Assembly: GCA_963716175.1 (NCBI GenBank)
Contig: OY970296.1
Coordinates: 608,001 to 672,000, forward strand
From: an uncultured Armatimonadetes bacterium
Lineage (GTDB): Bacteria > Armatimonadota > Hebobacteria > Hebobacterales > Hebobacteraceae
Reading direction: 5' to 3'
Length of the DNA: 64,000 nt
Part shown: in pieces, positions 18,649 to 29,252 of the stretch
Layout of the letters: each line of letters opens with the position of its first letter
Numbering within the stretch: position 1 is the first letter of the stretch
Translations under genes and position numbers: made by a program
The notes under the pieces: generated by a model
Database searches by the model: none
The model's input: only the letters and a program-made list of their open reading frames with translations
What the model was told of the DNA's origin: nothing

Positions 18649-20361
18649 ATGTCATCGGGGAAGCTAGCTGCTATCGGGTGGCGGCTCCACGGCGCCAGCC
18701 TCGGCCGCTTGGAGGCGGTGGTCGAGGCGGCCCTGGCGCAGGTAGCGAAGCAGGACATCGCGGCAAGGATCTGGGCCCATGACCATACGGTGTGGAAGCC
18801 AGAGCCAAGGGAGATCAGCAACAGGTTGGGCTGGCTGGAGACCGCTGCGGCGATGGCCGGCAACACCCAGCGCCTGCGCTCGTTCGCCGGCGAAGCGAGG
18901 CGCGCGGGTTACACCCAGGCCTTGCTCCTGGGGATGGGTGGCTCCAGTCTCGCCCCCGAGCTCTTCCGCAGGACCTTCGGCGTGGCGCCCGGATACCTGA
19001 ACCTGGCGGTGCTCGACAGCACCGATCCGGGCGTGGTGCTGGCTCATGCCAAACGCCTCCGGCCCGCAGAGAGCCTCTTCATCGTCTCCAGCAAGTCGGG
19101 CAGCACGGTGGAGCCGCTCTCCTTCTTCAAGTTCTTCTACAACTGGGTGGCGCAGGCCGTAGGCCGGGACCGGGCGGGCGAGCACTTCCTGGCGATCACC
19201 GATCCCGGCAGTGGGCTGGCCGGTCTTGCCGACCGCTATCGCTTCCGCGCCACTTTCCTGAATGACCCGAACATCGGCGGGCGCTACTCGGCCCTGTCCT
19301 ATTTCGGCCTGACGCCGGCGGCCTTGGTCGGGGTAGACCTGGACCGGCTGCTGCAGGCCGGGATGGCGGCGGCAGAGAGCTGCAAGCCATCCGTGCCGGC
19401 ACGGGAGAATCTTGGCATTTGGCTGGGCGTGGTGTTGGCAGAGGCCGCGAAGGCCGGCAGGGACAAGGCCACTTTCGTGCTGTCACCCCGGATCGCAAGT
19501 TTCGGCGACTGGCTGGAGCAGTTGCTGGCCGAGAGCACGGGCAAGGAAGGGCGCGGCATTCTGCCGGTGGTGGGGGAGCCGTTGGCGCCTCCAGCCGTGT
19601 ACGGGGATGACCGGATCCTCGTCCAACTGCGGCTGGGCGAGGATGACACAGCCGAATCCGCCCTGTCCGCGCTGGAAGCGGCGGGACAGCCGACAGTGAG
19701 GCTGCGGCTTGCTGATCAGTACGACCTGGGTGGGCAATTCTTCATCTGGGAGCTGGCGACCGCGGTAGCAGGCCACCGCCTCGGGATCAACCCCTTCGAC
19801 CAGCCCAATGTGGAGGCCTCCAAGGAGCTGGCCCGGAAGATGGTGAAGACCTACGCCGAGACCGGTTCGCTGCCGGCCGAGGCGCCCGCGCTGAGTGGAG
19901 ACGGTATCGCTGTCTATGGCGACGTCCAGGGAGACAGCCCGCGGGAGGCGTTGGCGGGATTCCTGCAGGCGGCCATTCCGGGTGCCTATGTGTCACTGCA
20001 GGCCTACCTCCGGGCGACCGTGGAGGTGGAGGCGGCCTTGCAGGCGCTGCGCCTGAAGGTCCGGGAGCGATCCCGTTTGGCCATAACCGTGGGCTACGGT
20101 CCACGCTTCCTGCATTCGACTGGCCAGCTTCATAAGGGCGATGCCGGAAGGGGGCTGTTCGTCCAGCTCACGGCCAATGACGCAAAGGACGTTGGCATAC
20201 CGGATGAGGCCGGTTCGGGTACCTCGTCTGTCACCTTCGGGGTGCTGAAGGCGGCCGAGGCGATGGGCGATCGGCGGGCCCTGTCGGCTGCGGGCCGGCG
20301 GGTGATCCGATTCCATCTGGGCAAGGATCCGGCAGGCGGAATCCGGCGGCTGGCCGAATGA
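18649..20361 (+). CDS. pgi: Glucose-6-phosphate isomerase (type found in Tal-Pgi fusions)
   Basis: NRLGWL, GMGGSSL, SSKSGST.E, IGGRYS, AESTGK, PFDQPNVE, GPRFLHSTGQLHKG. Confidence 0.9.
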   Translation: MSSGKLAAIGWRLHGASLGRLEAVVEAALAQVAKQDIAARIWAHDHTVWKPEPREISNRLGWLETAAAMAGNTQRLRSFAGEARRAGYTQALLLGMGGSSLAPELFRRTFGVAPGYLNLAVLDSTDPGVVLAHAKRLRPAESLFIVSSKSGSTVEPLSFFKFFYNWVAQAVGRDRAGEHFLAITDPGSGLAGLADRYRFRATFLNDPNIGGRYSALSYFGLTPAALVGVDLDRLLQAGMAAAESCKPSVPARENLGIWLGVVLAEAAKAGRDKATFVLSPRIASFGDWLEQLLAESTGKEGRGILPVVGEPLAPPAVYGDDRILVQLRLGEDDTAESALSALEAAGQPTVRLRLADQYDLGGQFFIWELATAVAGHRLGINPFDQPNVEASKELARKMVKTYAETGSLPAEAPALSGDGIAVYGDVQGDSPREALAGFLQAAIPGAYVSLQAYLRATVEVEAALQALRLKVRERSRLAITVGYGPRFLHSTGQLHKGDAGRGLFVQLTANDAKDVGIPDEAGSGTSSVTFGVLKAAEAMGDRRALSAAGRRVIRFHLGKDPAGGIRRLAE

Positions 20362-21089
20362 AAGGAGGCGGAGGGCGCCAGGTGGGAACCGATGTAGGCC
20401 AGCTCAAGCGGCAGGCGGCCGAGGCTGCCGTGGCATACGTGCAGTCGGGCATGGTGCTGGGGCTGGGATACGGCAGCACCGCCCTGATAGCAGTGCGCCG
20501 GATCGGCAACCTGCTGCAGGCCGGCCGGCTCCGCGATATCCGCGGCATTCCCTGCGCGCGCAAGCTGGAGGCAGAGGCGTGCGGGCTCGGGATCCTGCTC
20601 ACCACCCTGCAGGAGCACCCCGTCATTGACCTGACCATTGACGGCGCGGATGAAGTGACCGCGAATCTGGACATGATCAAGGGTGGCGGCGGAGCGCTGC
20701 TGCACGAGAAGGTGGTGGCACAGGCGACTCGGCGCGAGGTCATCGTGGTGGACGAGCGCAAGCTGACGCCGGCCCTGGGCACGCGAGCGGCAGTGCCGGT
20801 CGAGATCATCTCCTTCGGGTGGCGCTCGCACCTGGCCTATCTGGAGTCACTGGGAGCGCGGGTGGCGCCTCGCACGAACCGGGACGGGGACCTGTTCCGG
20901 ACAGACGAAGGCAACCTGATCGTGGATTGTGAGTTCGGACCCATCGCCAATCCCGGGAAGCTGGCGGCGCAGATCAGAGCCCATGCCGGCGTGGTGGAAC
21001 ACGGGCTTTTCCTGGGCCTGGCGACAGAAGTGATCGTAGCCGGCGCCCAAGGCATCCGATATCTCAAGCGCGGCGAGACCACAGGCTGA
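20358..21089 (+). CDS. rpiA: Ribose-5-phosphate isomerase A
   Basis: GLGYGST, IDGADEV, IKGGGGALLHEK, GVVEHGLF. True start may be GTG at 20382. Confidence 0.95.
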   Translation: MKGGGGRQVGTDVGQLKRQAAEAAVAYVQSGMVLGLGYGSTALIAVRRIGNLLQAGRLRDIRGIPCARKLEAEACGLGILLTTLQEHPVIDLTIDGADEVTANLDMIKGGGGALLHEKVVAQATRREVIVVDERKLTPALGTRAAVPVEIISFGWRSHLAYLESLGARVAPRTNRDGDLFRTDEGNLIVDCEFGPIANPGKLAAQIRAHAGVVEHGLFLGLATEVIVAGAQGIRYLKRGETTG

Positions 21090-21106
21090 GGCCGCGCCAC
21101 GACGCC

Positions 21107-22030
21107 ATGACCTCCAGCGAGCACCGGCCCCGCATCCTGGGTGTGGGCATCGCTTGTCTCGATTACCTATTCCTCGCGCCCCGCGCGGCTTCCGGCGGAC
21201 AGGCGCCCTTGCGTGATCACCTGATCCAGGGCGGCGGGCTGGTGGGCACGGCGGTGGTAGCTGCGGCGCGTCTGGGCGCGGCCGCCGATATCTGGACCTG
21301 GGTGGGAGATGACCCAGAAGGCCAACAGGTGTTGGCCGAACTGCAGCAGGAAGGGGTAGGCATCGGGCTGGCCGAGCTGATCACCGGGGCGCGCACCGCG
21401 CTGAGTTTCATCCATGTGGAAGCTGACACTGGCGAGCGCACCATCTTCCACGGCCCGCGCGTGCAGGTGCCCCAGTCACTGCTCGCAGGAGTGGCCAAGC
21501 GAACCCTCGCCTGCGACGTGCTGCTGGTGGATGCCGTCTGGCCAGAGGCCAGCCAGGCCGCGGCGGCCATGGCACGGCGGGATGGGCGGCCGGTGGTGGG
21601 GGACTTCTGCCCGAGCGCAGAGCTGTCGGAACTGGCAAGCCTGGTGACGGCCTTGATCGTTCCAGGTAAAGCCGCCGACCGGCTGCTGCCCGATGTCGGC
21701 CGAGAAGAGCAGCTTCGTTCATTCGCCCGCAGCGGGCCTGCCTTCGTCGCGATCACCTCGGGATCGGAAGGATGCCACTACCTGGAGGGCGGGCGAGTGC
21801 GCCATCGCCCGGCCTTCTCCGTCCCGGTTGTGGACACTACCGGCGCGGGCGATGTGTTCCACGGCGCCTTCGCCTATGCCCTGGCGCACACATGGCCGGC
21901 CTCGCAGGCGGTCGAGTTTGCGGCCGCGGCGGCCGCACTAAGCTGCCGGGCTCTCGGTGGGCGCACCTCGGCGCCGACAAGCAACGAAGTCCTCGCGCTG
22001 TTGAAGGCGCAGGGACCAGGCGGGTGGTAG
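21107..22030 (+). CDS. PfkB-family sugar kinase
   Basis: GGGLVGTA..AARLG, VDTTGAGDVFHGA. Confidence 0.9.
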   Translation: MTSSEHRPRILGVGIACLDYLFLAPRAASGGQAPLRDHLIQGGGLVGTAVVAAARLGAAADIWTWVGDDPEGQQVLAELQQEGVGIGLAELITGARTALSFIHVEADTGERTIFHGPRVQVPQSLLAGVAKRTLACDVLLVDAVWPEASQAAAAMARRDGRPVVGDFCPSAELSELASLVTALIVPGKAADRLLPDVGREEQLRSFARSGPAFVAITSGSEGCHYLEGGRVRHRPAFSVPVVDTTGAGDVFHGAFAYALAHTWPASQAVEFAAAAAALSCRALGGRTSAPTSNEVLALLKAQGPGGW

Positions 22031-22086
22031 CAGGGGGCCCGCCGAGGGACCCCCTGAGAAAGGCTGCAGGCTCTTCCGCGCAGCTC

Positions 22087-23193
22087 CTACTCGTCCACCC
22101 TGCCTGGGAGCAGGTTCATGGGCATGGCCGCCGGTCGGGCGCAGGTGCTGGTGAGCTGGATGTGCTTTCCCTCCCGCGACGCCTCGTGGACAGCGTGCAT
22201 CACGTCGAGCACGTGAAACGCTAGCTGGCCGCTGGCGCGATGGGGCCGGCCGGAGCGGAGGGCCGCGGCCATATCTGCTACCCCCAGGCCGCGGCTATTC
22301 TCGGCATACCCATGTGTGAGCGGGATCTCGCTCCAGCCGGCACCCGGCCGGGAGAGCTTCACCGGGCCACTGAAGGTGTTGGGGTCCGGGACACTCAAGC
22401 TCCCCTCGCTGCCGTAGATCTCGATGCGAGGCAGGTCCGCGGCCCAGACATCGAAGCTGGTGATGATGCTCCCGACCGCGCCGTCGGCGAAGTCCAGCAC
22501 GCCCACGACATGGGTCGGCACCTCCACTGCCACCACCGTGCCATACTTGGGCTGGCTGGTGATGGTGCGCTCCGAGAACGTGAGCTGAGTCGAGCCGGTG
22601 ACGCGCCGCACCGGGCCCATGAGGTTGACCAGCGCGGTCAGGTAGTAGGGACCCATGTCGAACATGGGCCCGCCGCCGGCCTGGTAATAGAAGGCCGGGT
22701 CGGGATGCCAGCTCTCATGCCCGTGGCAGGTCATGAAGGCGGTAGCGGCAACGGGTCTGCCGATCCAGCCGTCGTCTATCAGCTTGCGACAGGTCTGGAT
22801 GCCCCCGCCCATGAAGGTGTCGGGTGCACATCCCACCAGCACGCCCTTGGCGGCCGCGGCGTCAACGATGCGCTTGCCATCCTCCCGGGTGACGGCCAAT
22901 GGCTTCTCGTTGTAGACGCTCTTGCCGGCCTGGATCGCGGCCAGCGCCACCTCGGCATGGGCCTTGGGGATGGTCAGGTTCAGCACCATCTCGATGGAAG
23001 GGTCGGAGAGCAGTTCCCCCGCCGAGCAGGCCTTCGGGACTCCGAACTGCTCGGCGCTGGCCTTGGCTCGCTCCGCGATCAGGTCGGCGCAGGCGACGAC
23101 CTCGAGCATCTCCAGCTTCTGCGCGTTGCTCAGGTAAATCCCACTGATGTTGCCACAGCCGATGACGCCGACCCTGGCAGGTGATGCGCCCAT
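22087..23193 (-). CDS. Gfo/Idh/MocA-family oxidoreductase
   Basis: [28 protein letters not shown]. Start MGASPA at 23193. Confidence 0.9.
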   Translation of the reverse strand: MGASPARVGVIGCGNISGIYLSNAQKLEMLEVVACADLIAERAKASAEQFGVPKACSAGELLSDPSIEMVLNLTIPKAHAEVALAAIQAGKSVYNEKPLAVTREDGKRIVDAAAAKGVLVGCAPDTFMGGGIQTCRKLIDDGWIGRPVAATAFMTCHGHESWHPDPAFYYQAGGGPMFDMGPYYLTALVNLMGPVRRVTGSTQLTFSERTITSQPKYGTVVAVEVPTHVVGVLDFADGAVGSIITSFDVWAADLPRIEIYGSEGSLSVPDPNTFSGPVKLSRPGAGWSEIPLTHGYAENSRGLGVADMAAALRSGRPHRASGQLAFHVLDVMHAVHEASREGKHIQLTSTCARPAAMPMNLLPGRVDE

Positions 23194-23234
23194 GGTGGCT
23201 CCTTTCTGCTTCCCGGTGACGGAGGAACGGCGGG

Positions 23235-23879
23235 CTAGCGAGCGGCCCAGAGCAGGCCGCGCTTGACGATCTCCAGCGCCTCGGGCACCATGAAGTCGGC
23301 AGCGACGTGGCCCAGCGAGGTGTAGAAGACGCGGCCTGCTCCCCACCGGCGCTTCCATACCACCGGCATCACCGCCCCGTCAATCCACGGGCAGTGATCG
23401 CCCCGGAAGGTGGTAGTGGCGAGCACCTCGTTCGATGGGTCAACATGCATGTAGTACTGCTCGGAGTGCATGTCGAAGTCGGACAGCCCCTTGGTGATGG
23501 GGTCATCATGGTTGATGATGTTCACCCGGTAGTCAATGACCCCGCCGGGGTGGGCCACCCACTGGCCACCGACCATGAACTGGTACTCGGTGTTGTTGCG
23601 GAAGGAATCACCCATCCCGCCGTGCCAGCCGGCAGTGCCAACGCCGCTCTCGATGGCGCCTAGCAAGCCTGCCTCCTGCTCGCCAGTGATCTCCCCCATT
23701 GTCCACACCGGCACGATCAAGCTAAGGGATCTGAGGTAATCCTTCTCCAGGTAGACGCCGAGTGCATCCGAGATACGGACCTCGAACTTCTGTTGCTCCA
23801 GATAGGGGGCGAAGATGTCCACGCACTGCTTGGGCTCGTGTCCATCCCAGCCGCCCCAGACCATCAAGGCTTTCCTCAT
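23235..23879 (-). CDS. ThuA-like (trehalose utilisation) domain protein
   Basis: [32 protein letters not shown]. Confidence 0.88.
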   Translation of the reverse strand: MRKALMVWGGWDGHEPKQCVDIFAPYLEQQKFEVRISDALGVYLEKDYLRSLSLIVPVWTMGEITGEQEAGLLGAIESGVGTAGWHGGMGDSFRNNTEYQFMVGGQWVAHPGGVIDYRVNIINHDDPITKGLSDFDMHSEQYYMHVDPSNEVLATTTFRGDHCPWIDGAVMPVVWKRRWGAGRVFYTSLGHVAADFMVPEALEIVKRGLLWAAR

Positions 23880-24029
23880 GAGTCGCTCCGGTAGACGAGA
23901 TTTTCGGGAACTCTATTTCTGACGTGGCACGCAGTAGCCCTGCCCGGCCCCCGAAGTCTCCCCTGGCCGCGAGGCGGCGGTAGAGAGCGGCGATGCTCAG
24001 GCACCCCGGGCGCGCCTCGCATGGCCGCC

Positions 24030-24848
24030 CTACAGCCCACCCACCAGCCGGAAGCAGCTTCCGTGCGACAGGTGGTCCACCGTGAGCGCAGGGAACTGCT
24101 CCTTGCAGTACTGTGCCAGGGTGGCCATGCCGGGCTCCTCGGAGGTGCCATGGTTGACCCGGATGATGGGGTGGTCGGCGTCGGCCGCAGACTGGAGGTT
24201 CTCCCAGTACCAGTTGCCATCATCACAAACAATGGAGACGTCGCAGCCCATCTCCTGGAAGATCAGCGGATCGCAGGCGCAGCCAGTGCCAACGCCGACC
24301 TTAGAGACGATCTGCTCATGGTCGCCCACCACCTGGACAGCAGGCTCTCCGAGGGCTGCCGTGCTGGCGGCGATGCGTCGGGCGAGGACCGCGAGGCTGA
24401 CGGGCTCGATGTCGTAGCGGTGCTGGTAGCCTTCTGCGCCGATCGCCGCCGGCCTTCTGCCCAGGCCCAGGAACCTGGCCCAGGCCCACGGGATTCCGAT
24501 CTCCGGCATCCTGTCCCAAGCATCGTGAATACGCAAGATGATCAGCCCATTGTCCTCGATGAAGCCTCTCTTCCGCTCCGCCAGCTCTCGCTTTGGCGTC
24601 CCCGGGGTCCAGTCCTCCACCCGCGCCAGTTCCTCCCGGTGCGCCCAGAAGGTCGGCTCGTGGGTGATCAGCAACTGGCAGCGGCCTGCTGCCGCCGCTC
24701 GCAAGGCCGCGAAGCTGCTGATCCAGGTCACCAGAACGCGGCGAACCTGGGCCTGGGGGTTGCCGATGATGACCCTATCCACGGTCTGGTCAGGATCGAC
24801 CCAGTGGGCGCGCGACAGGAAGTGGGAGAGAATCTCGGAAGCAGTCAT
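24030..24848 (-). CDS. NIF3-like dinuclear metal-centre protein
   Basis: TVD..IIG, ITHEPTF, RIHD.WD, NHGTSEEPGM. Confidence 0.8.
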   Translation of the reverse strand: MTASEILSHFLSRAHWVDPDQTVDRVIIGNPQAQVRRVLVTWISSFAALRAAAAGRCQLLITHEPTFWAHREELARVEDWTPGTPKRELAERKRGFIEDNGLIILRIHDAWDRMPEIGIPWAWARFLGLGRRPAAIGAEGYQHRYDIEPVSLAVLARRIAASTAALGEPAVQVVGDHEQIVSKVGVGTGCACDPLIFQEMGCDVSIVCDDGNWYWENLQSAADADHPIIRVNHGTSEEPGMATLAQYCKEQFPALTVDHLSHGSCFRLVGGL

Positions 24849-24905
24849 TGGTATTCCCGTCCGGCAGGAGATCACTTGCCCGCAGGGCAAGTTCGGGCCG
24901 CTCCC

Positions 24906-27110
24906 CTAACGGCCCGGCGCTTCCCCTCCCCGGTGGTCGTCAACCCCTGCTCCGCGCTCTGGCTCTGCGCGGCCCCGCGAGCCCCGGCCCCCCGTTCTGC
25001 CCCCACGACCTCCCCTTCTGCCGCCGCCTCCGCCACGGCCGCCGGCCTCACTGCCCCGCCGCCCACCCCGGCCGGCCTGGCTCACGCCACCTCCTCCTGG
25101 AGCGCGGGCCGCCCGCCCCGGCGGCCCGCGACGCGGCGCCAGGGTGTTCGTGGGAAGAGCAAGGGGGACCCGCTTCACCTGAACCGGGAGCGCCGGCCTC
25201 GCTACCTCCCAGACGGGTCGGCCTCGAGGCTGAGGACAGCTATAGGCCGCCGCCGTGTAGGTTGCCGGTTGCACGTCCTCTAGTCCGAAGCCTCCATCAG
25301 CCCCGCTGACCCCCCACGCGGCCCGGGCATCTGAGAATGGGGTGACATTGCCCTGCGAGTCGACACCCGCGGCCAAGGCCACTCTGACTGTCGGGGCGGC
25401 CTGCCCCTGCCGCAAGATGCGGCCCACGACTTCCACCCCGGCCGGAGGCGGCGCGGGAGTGAAGGTCTTCACATCCGAGGCCAGCGCCTCCTCACAGGCC
25501 CGCATCACGGCATCGGAGCGGACGACGATCTCTCCGCCAATCATCTTGCTCGCCCTCCGCCGCTGCAGGGAGGCGGCGCTGCGAGCCTCCTGGGCCGCCG
25601 CGTGCGCTTTCTCGAAGCGTACCCGAGCTGCGGCCCCATCACCACCTCGCGCCGCAGCGCGCGCCGCGGCCAACAGGGTCTCGCCTCGCAGCTCCCAGGT
25701 GGAGGCCTCCGCCGCCAAGTCGGCTGCCCGGAGAGCGTCCTTCCAGCGCCCGGTCTTCAGGTAGAGCGCGCTCAGTGCCAGCCCTGCCTCCCGCGCCTGG
25801 GGAGCAAACGAGTAATATTCCAGCAGCCTCTCGTAGGCCTTCTGGGCGGTGGTGAAATCCAGCAGCGATGAGGCCAGGTCTGCCGTCTCGCCGAGCGCGA
25901 GGGGAGTGAACGGACTTGTCCGGTAAGTGTCGGCGAAGTCCTGAAGAGCTTGTGCCGCGCCCGCCAGGTTATCCTCTATCAGGCGTGCTGCCGCCTGCTG
26001 GTCCCCCGTCCAGTAGGTGGTGATGGCCCACACCTTGGAGGCCGGCTCCCGGCTGACCGAGCGGGCCAGCTCGTAGGCGGCGTTGTCGGCCCAGATGCTG
26101 TGCGGGTAACGTTGCACCAGACGCGCCATGCCGGCCAGCTCTTCGGGAGTCGCCATCGCTGACCCCACCCAGGAGAAAGAGGAGACACCCTGGCCGGGAG
26201 GTTTCACATAGAGAGCGAAAGCGGGGCCGAACAGGCGAGCCACCGGCAGAGGGCCATAGGCGCGGAACTGACGCTTGTACCAGAGATAGGTCTGGTTGCC
26301 GAGCTCCCGCTCATGACGCAGGCCGTAGAGGATCTTGTAGCCGGCGCCGCCGCTGACATAGGCGAAGAGGATGACCAGGACGACCGCGCCCACGCGCACC
26401 GCGGTCCGCCAGCGCCTGGGCCCGGCGGGGCGGGTGAGCAAACTCCGGTTCCACAGGTAGCAGAGGCCCGCGAGGCCGAGCAGCAGCAGCTTTCCCGCCA
26501 CCCATTGGTCGGACATGGGACGCTCGGCGAGGTAGTCTGCAAAGCCATGGAGGGTGAACAGCGGGTTGAAGTAGCTCCCCACACCCAGATCCAGGGCCCA
26601 GTAGGCAGCGGCCGCGGCGAGGCCGAGCAGAGGAGCCTGGGCGGCCGTAGCCACGGACATCGCCAACACGGACAGGAAAAGCAGAGAGGGAAGACCCGCC
26701 AGCACAGTGAGACCCAGCGGGAAGGCTTTGATGCCGAAGTGGTAGACCACCATCGCCGGCGCCAGCACCGCGAGCACGAAGGCGAACATCACACTCAGCC
26801 GCACCAGCAGCACTTTCTCCAACGAGACCGGCCGGGCGAAGACTAGCTCTCGCACGCCGGCCTGCTCCGGCGCCAGCGCGTGGGCGCACAGATAGGCCCC
26901 CAGGATTGGGGCCAGCAGCTCTATGGTCTGGGCCGCCCGCACCGGCGAGAAGAGGGTGGCGGTGGCCATATTCCAGAAGAGCACCAGCTGGGCCGCAGCC
27001 ACCGGAGCGACGATCAGCCAATAGCTGTTCCCCAGCAGGATGCGCAGATTGTAGGACCACAGGCCGCGGCCCTCGCCGCCCCGCTCGGGCTGGGCTGTGC
27101 TCTCACTCAT
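24906..27110 (-). CDS. ABC-2 permease fused to TPR/BamD-like helical repeats, a beta-sandwich domain and an RGG-rich tail
   Basis: About 7 TM segments with 'ELVFARPVS', then YPHSIWADNAAY and YSFAPQAREA repeats, VVGRIL..DGGFGLEDV.P.Y, and a low-complexity Arg/Gly tail. Confidence 0.65.
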   Translation of the reverse strand: MSESTAQPERGGEGRGLWSYNLRILLGNSYWLIVAPVAAAQLVLFWNMATATLFSPVRAAQTIELLAPILGAYLCAHALAPEQAGVRELVFARPVSLEKVLLVRLSVMFAFVLAVLAPAMVVYHFGIKAFPLGLTVLAGLPSLLFLSVLAMSVATAAQAPLLGLAAAAAYWALDLGVGSYFNPLFTLHGFADYLAERPMSDQWVAGKLLLLGLAGLCYLWNRSLLTRPAGPRRWRTAVRVGAVVLVILFAYVSGGAGYKILYGLRHERELGNQTYLWYKRQFRAYGPLPVARLFGPAFALYVKPPGQGVSSFSWVGSAMATPEELAGMARLVQRYPHSIWADNAAYELARSVSREPASKVWAITTYWTGDQQAAARLIEDNLAGAAQALQDFADTYRTSPFTPLALGETADLASSLLDFTTAQKAYERLLEYYSFAPQAREAGLALSALYLKTGRWKDALRAADLAAEASTWELRGETLLAAARAAARGGDGAAARVRFEKAHAAAQEARSAASLQRRRASKMIGGEIVVRSDAVMRACEEALASDVKTFTPAPPPAGVEVVGRILRQGQAAPTVRVALAAGVDSQGNVTPFSDARAAWGVSGADGGFGLEDVQPATYTAAAYSCPQPRGRPVWEVARPALPVQVKRVPLALPTNTLAPRRGPPGRAARAPGGGGVSQAGRGGRRGSEAGGRGGGGGRRGGRGGRTGGRGSRGRAEPERGAGVDDHRGGEAPGR

Positions 27111-28369
27111 GACGGCTTCACCAGGGGCTCCAGGTCGGCATCCAGGTGGTTCAGCGCGTGGGATTCGATGCGAGTCACCAGCCTGCGCTGCCTGTCCAGG
27201 ACGAAGATCGTGGGCACATCCCTCACCTCATAGGCCAGGCCGAGGGGAGAGTCCGACCATCGTTCCCCATCGCCGTAGTGCTGTCCCCGATCCCAGAGCA
27301 TCACCACCTCAGGCCCGGTCTCTCGCGCGAACGGACCCACCGTGGCCGAGTCGCTGTCCACGCAGATGGCAACGCAGGCGAGATCGGCGGAGCGGAACTT
27401 GCCCGCCGCTGCCTTCAGCAGCGCTAACACCTGGGCCGACTCTGGATCGCCTGGCCCCCAGAAGGCGAGGGCGATAGGCCGCCCGTCCAGATCGCTCATA
27501 CCGACCAACCGGCCCTCACCATCCGGCAACCAGAAGCCGGGAGCGCGCTTCTCTGGCAGTACTCTCTGGGTCGCCATCGCGGACAGTACCGGATCCCGCG
27601 AGCTGAGCGCATCCTCACCGTCCAGTGCAATGCTCACCACCACCACCGCGGCGCAGGCAAAGAGCAGGGCAGAGAGCCAACCCAGGAGGGCCCGGCCCGG
27701 CCCCCTTCCCCGCAACCATCTTCCGTGCAGCGCAGCAGTGAGAGCGATCAGGCCCCCGCTGAGCAGGGCCGGGGCAGGCCAGTGCTGGGTCAATGTCATG
27801 TCGGCAGCGCGGGGGAGGTGGGCGCTGACCAGCGGCACCGCCACCCAGTAGACCGCGGCCACGCCCCCGGCCAGGGCGTTGGCGAAGAGCGTGGTAAGGG
27901 AGAATCCCAGGGCGGTGGCCAGCGCCATCGGCGCGAGGGTGCGGACCAGAGCATTGGCATAGGCACCGACATGCCAGGGGGTTCCTCCCATCACCTGCCG
28001 GAGAGATGCGACCGCGAGCATGATCACGACAATGCTCATGAGCGAGAGCCAGATTCCCAGGAACCGAGCCACAACGAAGGAAGAGGAGGTGCCAAGCTCC
28101 TTGGAGAGCACCAGCTCCGAGGCTCCCTCGCGCTGGTCGCGGGCGGCGGCCGCGCTGCCCACCAGGATGGCCAACACGCCCAGCCCCAGCACACTGATCC
28201 GCCAAGTCTGATAGGCCGCCATCGCCGCGGTGGAGGCCGGTCCGGAGGCGCGCCAGAAGGCAAGCGCCGCACCGCCCGCGGCGACCGTCCAGAAGGCCGC
28301 CCCGCGGCAGGAGAGCTGGTACTCCCGCCGCACCAGAGCCGCAGCCGCCCGCGCGTCAGCCCAGGTCAT
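27107..28369 (-). CDS. ABC-2 permease fused to a C-terminal redoxin (TlpA/AhpC-like) domain lacking CxxC
   Basis: TM region with 'ELVLSK', then APGFWLPDGEGRLV.MSDL.GRPIALAFW and YEVRDVPTIFVLDR. Confidence 0.7.
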   Translation of the reverse strand: MTWADARAAAALVRREYQLSCRGAAFWTVAAGGAALAFWRASGPASTAAMAAYQTWRISVLGLGVLAILVGSAAAARDQREGASELVLSKELGTSSSFVVARFLGIWLSLMSIVVIMLAVASLRQVMGGTPWHVGAYANALVRTLAPMALATALGFSLTTLFANALAGGVAAVYWVAVPLVSAHLPRAADMTLTQHWPAPALLSGGLIALTAALHGRWLRGRGPGRALLGWLSALLFACAAVVVVSIALDGEDALSSRDPVLSAMATQRVLPEKRAPGFWLPDGEGRLVGMSDLDGRPIALAFWGPGDPESAQVLALLKAAAGKFRSADLACVAICVDSDSATVGPFARETGPEVVMLWDRGQHYGDGERWSDSPLGLAYEVRDVPTIFVLDRQRRLVTRIESHALNHLDADLEPLVKPS

Positions 28370-29252
28370 CGGGTCCCCGTCCCGCTTTCTGCTTCATGGT
28401 ATGCACATAGGCATCATCCATAGTGGGCTCAGCCGGGTAGCCGCGGGAGTGACTCATCCCCTCCCCTACCACCCGCACCTGCATCCCTGTGGCCGAACGG
28501 AAGACACCGGTCACGAAGAACTCGCCTCGCACCCGGCTCAGCTCCTCCTCCTCGATGTCAATTATCCAGGTTCTCCCTCGCAGTGGGTCCAGCAGCTCGC
28601 TCGGTCTCCCAGCGAATAAGCAACGGCCCTGATGGAGGATGGCGAGGTGTTCGGCGCTGGCCGCCAGGTCGGCGACGATGTGGGTGGAGAGGATGATGAC
28701 GCGATCGCCGGACAGCTCGGCCCACAGGTTGCGCAGTCTGATCCGCTCCTCCGGGTCGAGGCCCGAGGTGGGCTCATCAACGATCAGCACCTTGGGATGG
28801 TTGAGCAGGGCCTGCGCCAGCCCGAGTCGCTGCTTCATCCCGCCGGAGAAGGTACCGACGCGCCGACCTGCCAATGGGCCCAGGTTGACCTGCTGCAGCG
28901 CCTCCTCGATCCGCGTCTCCCGCTCTCTCCGATCGCTGACACGGCAGAGCAGCGCGAAGTAGTCCAGCGTCTCATAGGCCGTGAGATTGGGGTAGAAGCC
29001 AAACTCCTGGGGCATGTACCCCAGCATCTGGCGCACCGCCGCTTTGTCCCGGTGCACGTCGCAATCCCCGATGCGGGCCTGGCCGGCCGTGGGCTCGAGC
29101 AGCGTCGCCAGGATCCGCATCAACGTGGTCTTGCCGGAGCCATTGGGCCCGAGCAGGCCATAGAGCCCAGAGGGCATGGTCAGATCGAGGCCCTCGAGTC
29201 CGACTACCCCACCCGGGTAGACCTTCCGCAAACCGCGAATCTCTATCTGCAC
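28356..29252 (-). CDS. ABC exporter ATP-binding protein
   Basis: GPNGSGKTT, FSGGMKQR, IVDEPT, STH. Confidence 0.95.
   Translation of the reverse strand: MQIEIRGLRKVYPGGVVGLEGLDLTMPSGLYGLLGPNGSGKTTLMRILATLLEPTAGQARIGDCDVHRDKAAVRQMLGYMPQEFGFYPNLTAYETLDYFALLCRVSDRRERETRIEEALQQVNLGPLAGRRVGTFSGGMKQRLGLAQALLNHPKVLIVDEPTSGLDPEERIRLRNLWAELSGDRVIILSTHIVADLAASAEHLAILHQGRCLFAGRPSELLDPLRGRTWIIDIEEEELSRVRGEFFVTGVFRSATGMQVRVVGEGMSHSRGYPAEPTMDDAYVHTMKQKAGRGPDDLG

Noticed and set aside
24030-24848. NIF3 protein as a second GTP cyclohydrolase tied to the pterin operon
   Set aside because: It lies 15 kb away in an unrelated context, and that function for the family is not well supported.
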